IMG/VR virus record: IMGVR_UViG_3300033153_000868
Coordinates: 1 to 64,000 of that record
DNA: 64,000 nucleotides
Origin: a virus
Reading direction: 5' to 3' (one strand)
The position numbers were made by a program, and so were the translations under genes. This document shows positions 47,958 through 57,107 of this stretch, one piece after another. A model generated the notes under the pieces. The model made no database searches. It was not told the DNA's origin and was given only the letters and a program-made list of their open reading frames with translations. How positions within the stretch are numbered: the stretch's first letter is position 1; the number at the start of each line of letters is the position of its first letter.

Positions 47958-48938
47958 ATGAACAAAGACATCTTTAAACCCAGAGTAAACATACTGCCTT
48001 ATGAGTATCCACAACTATTAGCATACAAAGACGCAATTAGGCATTCCTACTGGATAGATACAGAATTCAACTTTACAGAAGACATACAAGACTTTAAAGT
48101 CACTATATCAAAAGAAGAAAAAGATGTCATAAAAAAGACAATGCTTGCAATTGCTCAGATAGAAGTAAATGTAAAAACTTTTTGGGGAGATCTTTATAAA
48201 CGCATGCCTATCACAGAAGTAGGTGATGTAGGCTTTACTTTTGCTGAGTCAGAAGTAAGGCACAAAGATGCTTATGCCAGGCTGCTTAGAATACTAGGAT
48301 TAGAAAAAGAATTTCAATCAGTAGTTGAGGTACCTGCAATAGAAGGTAGACTTAAGTACTTAAAGAAGTACTTGGATGGTACACGTTCTAGAGACAATAA
48401 AATGTATACTAAGTCTGTGCTGTTGTTCTCTTTATTTATAGAGCACGTAAGTCTATTTAGTCAGTTCTTGATTATGATGAGCTTTAACAAAGAAAAAAAT
48501 GTACTTAAGGGTATATCTAATGTTGTTGAGGCTACTAGTAAAGAAGAAGAAATACATGGTAACTTTGGTGCTGAGATTATTAATATTATCAAAAAAGAAA
48601 ACCCTGAATGGTTTGACCAAGAGTTTGAAGACCTAATTGACTCAGCATGTAGAAAAGCATATAGAGCAGAGTGTGGAATACTTGATTGGATATTTGAGAA
48701 AGGGGAGCTTAGCTTCTTACCACAAAATACAATACAACATTTTATAAAAAACAGATTCAATAACTCTCTAGAAAAGATAGGCATGAAACCAATCTTTGAG
48801 GTAGATCAAGAAATATTAAAAGCAGTAGAATGGTTTGATATAGAGATCACCGGTACTAAAGAAGGAGACTTCTTTTACAAAAAGAGTGTTGACTATAACA
48901 AGAAAAGCAAAAGCATCACAGAAGATGATTTATTTTAA
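47958..48938 (+). CDS. nrdB: Class I ribonucleotide reductase beta subunit
   Basis: 'IAQIE', 'ESEVRHKDAY', 'IEHVSLFSQF', 'KEEEIH', C-terminal 'DFF...VDY'. Confidence 0.92.
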   Translation: MNKDIFKPRVNILPYEYPQLLAYKDAIRHSYWIDTEFNFTEDIQDFKVTISKEEKDVIKKTMLAIAQIEVNVKTFWGDLYKRMPITEVGDVGFTFAESEVRHKDAYARLLRILGLEKEFQSVVEVPAIEGRLKYLKKYLDGTRSRDNKMYTKSVLLFSLFIEHVSLFSQFLIMMSFNKEKNVLKGISNVVEATSKEEEIHGNFGAEIINIIKKENPEWFDQEFEDLIDSACRKAYRAECGILDWIFEKGELSFLPQNTIQHFIKNRFNNSLEKIGMKPIFEVDQEILKAVEWFDIEITGTKEGDFFYKKSVDYNKKSKSITEDDLF

Positions 48939-48949
48939 AAATAAAACCA

Positions 48950-50546
48950 ATGGAATATAATAAGTACTACTGGCTGAATGAAGACAGCCGCACATTTTTA
49001 TCAAGAGGGTATATATCAGAAAGCCCTGAACAAAGAATCAAAGACATTGCTATTAAAGCAGAAAAGTATTTGAATATAAAAGGCAAGAGGATTTTACTCT
49101 TTGTCTACTCCTGTATGGATTAATTTTGGTAAACAAAAAGGTTTACCTATAAGTTGCTATGGATCTAATGTTGATGATAACTTAGATAGTATTTTAAATG
49201 CTGGTCGTGAGATTGGAATGATGAGTAAATATGGCGGAGGTACAAGTGCTTTTATTGGCAACATTAGAGCAAGAGGAACTGAAATATCTACAGGTGGTTT
49301 TGCTGATGGTCCAGTGCACTACGCTAAGATATATGATACTGTAGTAGATGTATGTAAGCAGTCTGAAGCTAGACGTGGTGCTTGTGCAGTATACCTGCCG
49401 GTTGAGCATGCTGACATCTTAGAGTTCTTAGATATTGGTACAGAGGGTAACCCCATACAAAATTTGCAGTATGGTGTTACAGTTACTGATCAATGGATGA
49501 CTGAAATGAAAGAAGGAGATAAAGACAAACGTAAAGTATGGGCTAAGATCATTCAGAATAGAAGTGAGTTTGGATTTCCTTATGTTATGTTTAAAGATAA
49601 TTCTAATAACAATTCTCCGTATAAAGAACTTGGGATGGATATTACAGCATCTAATTTGTGCTCAGAAATCCAGCTTCCTACAGATAGTTATAACTCTTTT
49701 GTATGTTGCCTTGGTTCTATCAACCTGTTACATTGGGATCAGATAAAAGAAACTGACGCAATTGAAACATATGTATATTTCTTAAACGCAGTAATGGATG
49801 AGTTCATTATTAAGTCTGAGACTATGCCGGGTATGAAGAGAGCATTTAACTTTGCTGAAAAGCATAGAGCTATTGGTCTTGGTGTATTAGGTTATCATTC
49901 TTTGTTTCAATCTAAGCTTCTTGAGTTTGACTCACTGCAGGCTAAAGGATTAAACAGTGAGATTTTTAGAACCCTTAAAGATAGAAGTGAGATTGCTTCA
50001 AGAGAGTTACATAATGATTATGGATACACATCTCTTAGAGAAGGGTATGCTAATACAACCCTTATGGCAATTGCTCCTACTAAGTCTAGCTCATTTATAC
50101 ACGGTGCTGTGTCTATGGGTATAGAGCCTATTAAGTCTAACTACTTTATTAAGGATCTTGCTAAGTCTAAGACTATCTATAAGAACCCATTCTTAGAAGA
50201 GGAACTTGAGAAGTATGGTCTAAATACAGACAAAACCTGGAAATCCATTCTAAAGAAAGATGGAAGTGTACAACACTTAGACTTTCCTACCAAAGAAGTA
50301 TTTAAATCATTTGTTGAGATATCTCCAAAAGAGATTGTATTGCAGGCGGCACAGAGACAAAAGTATATTGATCAATCACAGTCATTAAACTTAATGATAG
50401 ATCCATCTGTCTCAGCTAAAGATATAAACAAACTATATATGTACGCTTGGGAAGAAGGTGTAAAAACTTTATACTATCAATTTAGCAAAAGTTCAGCTCA
50501 GGATTTTGCACGTAACATTTTAGAATGCTCAAGTTGTGAAGGTTAA
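48950..50546 (+). CDS. nrdA: Class I ribonucleotide reductase alpha subunit, interrupted by a frameshift/deletion at ~49083
   Basis: Frame 1: MEYNKYYWLNEDSRTFLSRGY...KYLNIKG (stop 49121-23); frame 2: ARGFYSLSTPVWINFG...PISC...SNLCSEI...AIAPTKSSS...CSSCEG. Confidence 0.88.
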
Positions 50547-50799
50547 AAGAAGAATACTCAAATTACTAGCTTATAAAAATAAGCTTACATCATATCAAAA
50601 GGTTGCATCCCGTATAGGTTATATGGGTGCAGGCTTTTTGATAGCAGGTCAATGGACACTACATCCGGGATTATTTATACTAGGTTTTATATGTGTAGTT
50701 ATACAGACATCATCACGTAAACAATGGAATCTTGTTGCTCTGAATATAAACGGGTTAATTGCTTGGACAGTTCATCTTATTAGAACAGTGCTAGGATAA
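50536..50799 (+). CDS. Small membrane protein
   Basis: 87 aa, three hydrophobic segments. Confidence 0.6.
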   Translation: MKVKRRILKLLAYKNKLTSYQKVASRIGYMGAGFLIAGQWTLHPGLFILGFICVVIQTSSRKQWNLVALNINGLIAWTVHLIRTVLG

Positions 50800-50808
50800 G
50801 AGTTAAGT

Positions 50809-51222
50809 TTATTTTCTTAATCCTTTATGGTTATCAATTCTATCTAGAATTTTATTGAGTTCTTCTGTTTTTATTAAACCTGCCATTGAAGCATTCTTTA
50901 AAGCACTTATAAGTTGTAAGATCATAAAAGGAACTACAACTACTTCTGATAGCCAACCTGTTCCTGCAAAGCCTCTTTCTACCATAAGAACAACCGTGAG
51001 TATAGCTATCCATACTGCCGTGTTTCTGGTTATTCTTAATGCTTTATATGTTTTAAAACCTTCTCTTTTACAGCCTGCCCAAACTCCAAAAATGCCATCC
51101 AACCATAATACTGAACAAACAGCTAAGTATTGTTCCATGTTTTCCATTGATAAATCAAAAAAGTACGTACATAAATACGTACAAAATGCTGTTATGCTCA
51201 CTATGAATAATTTAGTTGTCAT
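50809..51222 (-). CDS. Holin-like membrane protein (holin_4-like)
   Basis: TM segments; 'LDGIFGVW', 'QLISALKNASMAGLI'. Confidence 0.6.
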   Translation of the reverse strand: MTTKLFIVSITAFCTYLCTYFFDLSMENMEQYLAVCSVLWLDGIFGVWAGCKREGFKTYKALRITRNTAVWIAILTVVLMVERGFAGTGWLSEVVVVPFMILQLISALKNASMAGLIKTEELNKILDRIDNHKGLRK

Positions 51223-51314
51223 TTATAAATCTCATTTACTTTATCTATCCAGGTTTATACTATAATATAACTAAATAATATGTCATATGATAGATTTAAA
51301 CCTGTTAATTTGTC

Positions 51315-54300
51315 TTACTTAATATAGAAATCAGAGTTTTTAAGGTATGAATCCCATTTCTGAATAGAATATAGTAGTGGGAATACATCTTTAATGTTTT
51401 TATATACCTTTAATTCTCCTTTTCTTTTACCTCTTTGATATACATAATTAGAATTAGCATAAAATGCTTCTTCATTTCCGGTTGCTTTAGCCATTGTATA
51501 TTTGAAACCTCCAACAAAAATCATTTCAAAAGCTTCAGACATTTCACTTACTGATCTTGATGCAGCAATAGGTGAGTTAAACATTTGCTCTACCTGTTCA
51601 AACCCTGCAAAAGAAGGCATGAATAAAACAAGTTCCTTATATACTCTATCTGCTTGATATCTTGTTAAATTTTTAAATCTCTTTTCAGTATCACTATCAT
51701 CATCATCACCAGATAATAAATCATCAAATAGCAAAGAAATAAACATAACACTAAACATGATACCTAAATCACCCATACTTCTATAGAAACCAAATAGTCT
51801 ATTCTTAGCTCTTTGATCTATGTTACCCCCTCCACCATAATCTCTTGCTTCTCCAAACTTTTCACTAGTATATGCTCTGACTTGTTGGTTTAGGTATTCT
51901 TTACCCATTGTTCTAAAGTTCATATTACCTTGAGCCAACTCTTTTCTTGCAAAATTTAAGAATGATAAAGCAGATCTATATCTACCTTCCATCCATCCTA
52001 GATTTTCATCAAAGTATTCTCTTTGATACCTTGCTCTAATTGCTGGAGCCAACCACTTTTTAAATTGAATAGCTAATGCACCAAGTGTATGTGACTGAAG
52101 AACAATTCTATCTTCCTTGGCATAGTTACCATGAATTTGTTTGTTAACTTCTCTAATCTCATTTCTAATTTCATATCTTATATCATCATTATAAGCTACT
52201 TCTTGTCCATTTCTTTTGATTACTATATCAAAACCATCTTTAATTTTATTCTTATGTGTTTTTGTATCGTATTCAAATGCATCATAAAATGACAGCTCTT
52301 CTCCTGTTTTACTATTTCTAATCATAGTGTCCATAAGTATAGCCATACCCACTTTGGTCTGTGAATTATATTCAGCAGCATCTTGCATCACGTAACCCCA
52401 CTCAGTTGCTCTATCAAACCAACTCTTACCATCTTCAGTAGCTCTACTTTGTTCACGTATATCAGACATACTATCCATCATTCTGAACATATCAACAAAA
52501 GCTTCATACTTACTATTAGGTAATTTTTTATCATAGTCAGCTTTAGCTAATCCTGGTATAACACCTAATGTTACTACGTCAAGTAAATCTTCTGCACCAC
52601 CATGTGCTGTTCTATTGACTAATCCTGGAATAGCTCTCTTATTAAATTCCCAGGTTGCTCTTTTAAATGCCTTTTGACTATAAAATCTACCACCAATAGA
52701 TTCAATATTGTTATTTATTCTACCAATCAAGTAGTTATTAAAGTTACCAAATGGGTTAAACGCTACATATGATAAAGAAGACAACTGAATAAGACCATCT
52801 GCAATTTTATCTACAGCACCCTTAGTAATGTTTTCATTTTCATAATGAATCATAGACATAAACTTCTTTGCTCTACGTACTACATTTTTTTCTTGAGTAC
52901 TTGTATTAGCTTTAGTACCTAAATTATCTACAACTTTATCTTTTACTTTTGCTACTAGATTTAATCTCAATCCAGGAGCAGGAGTATATGTTCTGTTTTC
53001 AATTACCTTAACAAAAGCTTTTAAGGTATCATCTACAGCGCCCATTGTTTCATAGTTTTGAGCCATTGCACTAAACTTAAGTAAACTAGATGCCATATCT
53101 GTGCTAATCTGTCCTCTACTTGGTGTTGCTCTGAGCCTTACCATTTTACCATTTAATACAGCTATTTGCTTTTTATACTGTTGATCTTGGATTTCATTCT
53201 TTTTATACTTTGATTTAAGAAGATCAATTTCTTTTTGTAAATCAGCCATATCAGTATCAAGCTTAGGTCTACCGGTATAGTAGATAGGCATTTGATCAAT
53301 AATATAACCCTCATTATCTAGTATAACATTTTTTTGAGTAGAGGTTTGTTGAAACATATTCCAAGCCCTACTCTCTGTCATACTAGCATATAGCTTGGTA
53401 AACAAAGTTCCTTTCTCTTTTACATCAGACATCAATCTATTCTGTACTAAAGGAACTCTACCCAACATTTGTGCACTTTGCCCAATAGGTATTTTCTTAA
53501 GCAAGTCATTCTCATACATATCTATGTATAATTGATAAAACTCCCTTTGGGCTACAGATTTTGCGTCAGTACCGCTCATTATGGCATCATACTTGGCGTT
53601 TCTCATATTACGTCCATCAAGGGTAGTTTCTAGTATTTGTCTATACTCTGCTTTAGGCACCATCATATCTTGACGGTCTTCTATAATTTGTCCTGTTGCC
53701 TCTCCCTTTATTCTTACAGCTCTGGTATATTCAACCGGCTGATAATATTTTGCAACATAAGCTGCATAGTCTGCATCTGAAATATTTTTTTTCTTTTCCC
53801 AACTTCCTCTTTGATTAGTTTCAGCACCGGGTCTCCACACTTCATATTTATTTCTGATATCAATAAACTCTTGGGTGTACTTGTGATACATACCTGAAGG
53901 ACGTAATGTACCATCATCTCTTTTTTGCTCAGCCATATAAAAATCTCCATATGCTTTCTTTTTAGCAGCTAGATCTTTATTGTATTCTATATCTTCCTGA
54001 CTTGCTGTTTCTAAATCATAAACAGGTCTGTATTGATATGGTGTACCTTCATTATCATAAAGTTGACTTCTGAGTTCATTTTGTATAGCCCAATATTGTT
54101 CTCCTATTTTTGTTACATATCTACCATTAAAAGTACCGTCTGCATCATACTCTAACATGAATTTATATAACTCGTCAAGTTTTAATTCAGGTGATAACTT
54201 TGCAAGCTTTTGTCCAGCCGTTCTTATAAGGTTTTCTCTTTGAGCCACAAGATCTAATAGCTTTTGATTTTGGGCTTTTCTTATTTTATCCATTGTAGCC

Positions 54301-57092
54301 AATAGTACATCTGGAGATGTTGCCATATCTTTAGTTTGATATTCAGTGTCACTGATATCTGCAGCTTTTTCCATCAAAAGCTCTAAGTCTTTTTCAGTAT
54401 ATAAACTATTTTCACCACCAAAATCTCTATTTGATTTTAGCCTCACCATTTCTTTAACATAGTCTTTTAGTGCTTCACCTACTATTCCTCCTGTGTCAGT
54501 GCCAGCACCACTAAGTAAATTAAGTTGTTGTTGTAATGATAAAATTAAATTCTTTTGAGTATTATTTAAACCTTTTAAATCTTTAAGTATAAAAAGCCCT
54601 TCAAACGTTTTCATATACTTATCAAAGTTTAAAACATAAGAAACATATTCAGGAGAATTTATATTCTTAGGATTTTCTACATAAGCTCTAAAATCTTTTA
54701 TTTGAGATAAAGCATCAAGCAAAACTTCAGACAAAGCTTTTGATTGGCCTTTAACACTACCAGCCATAGCTAAGTTTATATATGCTATTGTTTTAGATAT
54801 TTGATCAATTTCATTTTCTTTTGTTGATTCCATATATATATTAGACTTCAACAAAGGAATCATATCCCTTTTCTCAATAAGTGCTTTCTGATATGTATCT
54901 AGTAAACCAGCTGCAGCATTATATTCATCATAGTTTTCTGCTGCTTTTTTATCATCTTCAGTTGTTTCCTCTTTCTGGTCTTTACCATTCCATATTTTAT
55001 TGTATGAACCTTCTTGATCTTTTTCTAATCTACTTTTTTGATAGGAGTTTCTTACTTCTGGTACAAGAGCATCTACTAAATTAAGATTTTGACTTACAGG
55101 ATGAGGGACCCATCTATCAAATTCAATTGATCCATCAAACACTTGATCAGATCCTGTTCCTTCTATACCAACTTTAAAGTGTATTGTAGAGGTGGCCCAT
55201 TCATCATAAGATACTTCATACCCCATATTTTCAGCCATTCTTCTATATACATTAACTTGTAAGTTATGCTGTTGCTCTGTTGATAATTCTTTTGCTAATC
55301 CTTGTTGATATAACACTGAGTCTTGTTCTAAGGCGTAAAATCTTTCTTTATATTGATTTCCTATACGCTTTCCTTTTTTATCATTTAAAGCTACCTCTTT
55401 ACTTAACTCATTTTTTGTAGTCTTAAGATCCATGATGTTAATTCTACCATGTTGATCTATAATAAATACATCTGCAGTACCGGCCATCTTAGAAGCTTCA
55501 TCAAACAAAACAACTTGAGATAACACAATTGCACCTTTCATTTTTAAACTATCCATAATACTAGCAAGAGTATCAAAAGTATCTTTAGCTTTATCTTTAG
55601 ATATGTTATTTGTCTCTAGTGCAGCATATGCATCTTCAAAAGAAAGATTAGCAATAACACCATCTAATAGTGTGTCAACCTCATTACCAATATCCAAGTT
55701 AATCTTATGAGCAACTTGTTTATCTGGTGAAAGTTTTCCTTTTATAGCTGTGGTTACTGATGTATATACTTTATCAGAATCATTAGAATTTATATATGTA
55801 TGATCTTCTTTATTAAGTGTTACAATTGAATCTCCAGCAGCTGCATCTTTTACTGACGCTGACAGAGAATCAACAAGACCAGAGTTTTCACTCTGTGCTA
55901 CATTAAATAGCTGCATTATAATAGGCTTCTGCGTATCATTAGCTCTTTCTAGTGCATCTTTGATTTGTATTTCTTTAGATGGTGATAAACTATATCTTAA
56001 TTTACCGTCAACTCTTTTTTCTAGTTTAAACTGAATGCCTTCCGTATTAAGTAGTTTAGCAATATCACTTAGACTTGTACCCGGTTTAATAGCAGATACA
56101 GGTAACTCTCTACCAGTAATATATTTATTAAGGTTTTCAATTACTCCTTTAAACCACTCAAGAAGTTCTTTAACTTTTGCTAGGAATCCTTTTGTAGGTG
56201 TTGTTTCATATTCTTTTTTGAAGTGTCTTGATAATGCTTGTGTTACAATTTCAAGATCTCTTTCTGTATCTGTAAAATTTCTTGTACTACTATTGTAAGC
56301 ATCTTCAATTTCTGCTGATAGTTCTGGAAAATTATTTACTGCTTCATCAAGAAGTGAGTTAAATAATTCTTCATTCTCCATCTTTACTGCATCTATAAAA
56401 GGATGCAACATTTCTTCAATTGCTATTTCATCTGTGACCCTACCTTTTATTAAGTAAGCTACACCATCCATATAAAAAGAATTTATCTCATTAAAAGGAA
56501 CGTTATTGGTTTTAGTTTTTGGTAATGATTCATACATTACTCTTGCTTGTGCAACAGATAACATTTTAACTTGTATCTGTGGAAACATTCTTTTAAGATG
56601 CATAACAACCGCTCTTGATCTATTGGTGTCCCATGATCTTGAACTTTCAAGTATATCTCTAGCAGAGAACATATTATTGTTAGGTTCAATCTTATAGCTT
56701 TTTGGCGTTCTTGTTACTGTAAATGAATCTTTTGGTATGTTATTAATTTCTAAGTATCTGTAAAACCTTTTTAGATTACTTTGTAAAAAAGCTTCATCAT
56801 ATGATAATGTCTGAGGATTTGAATTATTAATTAAAAACTGCCCTGCTAAATTGCTACCTATTCTTTCTCTTCTTAAATTATTGAGCACGCTTTCTCCAAA
56901 TGCTTTTCTTTTTAATGAGAATGCAATATCTTGGTCTTTAACCATAGTCTGAGCTTGGACAACACTAGGAAACGCATCAGAATCATTAACACGTTGCCAG
57001 TCACTAATAACTTTAGATGTTTTGATATCAGTACCATATTCATCCTTTAATGCTTGGTATCCCGGATCATTTCTATTATAACATTTAGCCAT
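51315..57092 (-). CDS. Giant virion (ejected/cargo) protein with degenerate zincin motif and PD-(D/E)XK domain
   Basis: 1925 aa; 'IEEMLHPF'; 'YTSVTT...AGTADV...MDLKTT...NLQVNVY'; adjacent to the vRNAP gene. Confidence 0.75.
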   Translation of the reverse strand: MAKCYNRNDPGYQALKDEYGTDIKTSKVISDWQRVNDSDAFPSVVQAQTMVKDQDIAFSLKRKAFGESVLNNLRRERIGSNLAGQFLINNSNPQTLSYDEAFLQSNLKRFYRYLEINNIPKDSFTVTRTPKSYKIEPNNNMFSARDILESSRSWDTNRSRAVVMHLKRMFPQIQVKMLSVAQARVMYESLPKTKTNNVPFNEINSFYMDGVAYLIKGRVTDEIAIEEMLHPFIDAVKMENEELFNSLLDEAVNNFPELSAEIEDAYNSSTRNFTDTERDLEIVTQALSRHFKKEYETTPTKGFLAKVKELLEWFKGVIENLNKYITGRELPVSAIKPGTSLSDIAKLLNTEGIQFKLEKRVDGKLRYSLSPSKEIQIKDALERANDTQKPIIMQLFNVAQSENSGLVDSLSASVKDAAAGDSIVTLNKEDHTYINSNDSDKVYTSVTTAIKGKLSPDKQVAHKINLDIGNEVDTLLDGVIANLSFEDAYAALETNNISKDKAKDTFDTLASIMDSLKMKGAIVLSQVVLFDEASKMAGTADVFIIDQHGRINIMDLKTTKNELSKEVALNDKKGKRIGNQYKERFYALEQDSVLYQQGLAKELSTEQQHNLQVNVYRRMAENMGYEVSYDEWATSTIHFKVGIEGTGSDQVFDGSIEFDRWVPHPVSQNLNLVDALVPEVRNSYQKSRLEKDQEGSYNKIWNGKDQKEETTEDDKKAAENYDEYNAAAGLLDTYQKALIEKRDMIPLLKSNIYMESTKENEIDQISKTIAYINLAMAGSVKGQSKALSEVLLDALSQIKDFRAYVENPKNINSPEYVSYVLNFDKYMKTFEGLFILKDLKGLNNTQKNLILSLQQQLNLLSGAGTDTGGIVGEALKDYVKEMVRLKSNRDFGGENSLYTEKDLELLMEKAADISDTEYQTKDMATSPDVLLATMDKIRKAQNQKLLDLVAQRENLIRTAGQKLAKLSPELKLDELYKFMLEYDADGTFNGRYVTKIGEQYWAIQNELRSQLYDNEGTPYQYRPVYDLETASQEDIEYNKDLAAKKKAYGDFYMAEQKRDDGTLRPSGMYHKYTQEFIDIRNKYEVWRPGAETNQRGSWEKKKNISDADYAAYVAKYYQPVEYTRAVRIKGEATGQIIEDRQDMMVPKAEYRQILETTLDGRNMRNAKYDAIMSGTDAKSVAQREFYQLYIDMYENDLLKKIPIGQSAQMLGRVPLVQNRLMSDVKEKGTLFTKLYASMTESRAWNMFQQTSTQKNVILDNEGYIIDQMPIYYTGRPKLDTDMADLQKEIDLLKSKYKKNEIQDQQYKKQIAVLNGKMVRLRATPSRGQISTDMASSLLKFSAMAQNYETMGAVDDTLKAFVKVIENRTYTPAPGLRLNLVAKVKDKVVDNLGTKANTSTQEKNVVRRAKKFMSMIHYENENITKGAVDKIADGLIQLSSLSYVAFNPFGNFNNYLIGRINNNIESIGGRFYSQKAFKRATWEFNKRAIPGLVNRTAHGGAEDLLDVVTLGVIPGLAKADYDKKLPNSKYEAFVDMFRMMDSMSDIREQSRATEDGKSWFDRATEWGYVMQDAAEYNSQTKVGMAILMDTMIRNSKTGEELSFYDAFEYDTKTHKNKIKDGFDIVIKRNGQEVAYNDDIRYEIRNEIREVNKQIHGNYAKEDRIVLQSHTLGALAIQFKKWLAPAIRARYQREYFDENLGWMEGRYRSALSFLNFARKELAQGNMNFRTMGKEYLNQQVRAYTSEKFGEARDYGGGGNIDQRAKNRLFGFYRSMGDLGIMFSVMFISLLFDDLLSGDDDDSDTEKRFKNLTRYQADRVYKELVLFMPSFAGFEQVEQMFNSPIAASRSVSEMSEAFEMIFVGGFKYTMAKATGNEEAFYANSNYVYQRGKRKGELKVYKNIKDVFPLLYSIQKWDSYLKNSDFYIK

Positions 57093-57107
57093 TTGATTAT
57101 TGTTTAA

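Noticed and set aside
5669-50546. Introns or inteins in terL, polB, dnaB or the RNR genes
   Set aside because: Protein lengths are ordinary or short; no homing-endonuclease insertions or intein termini seen
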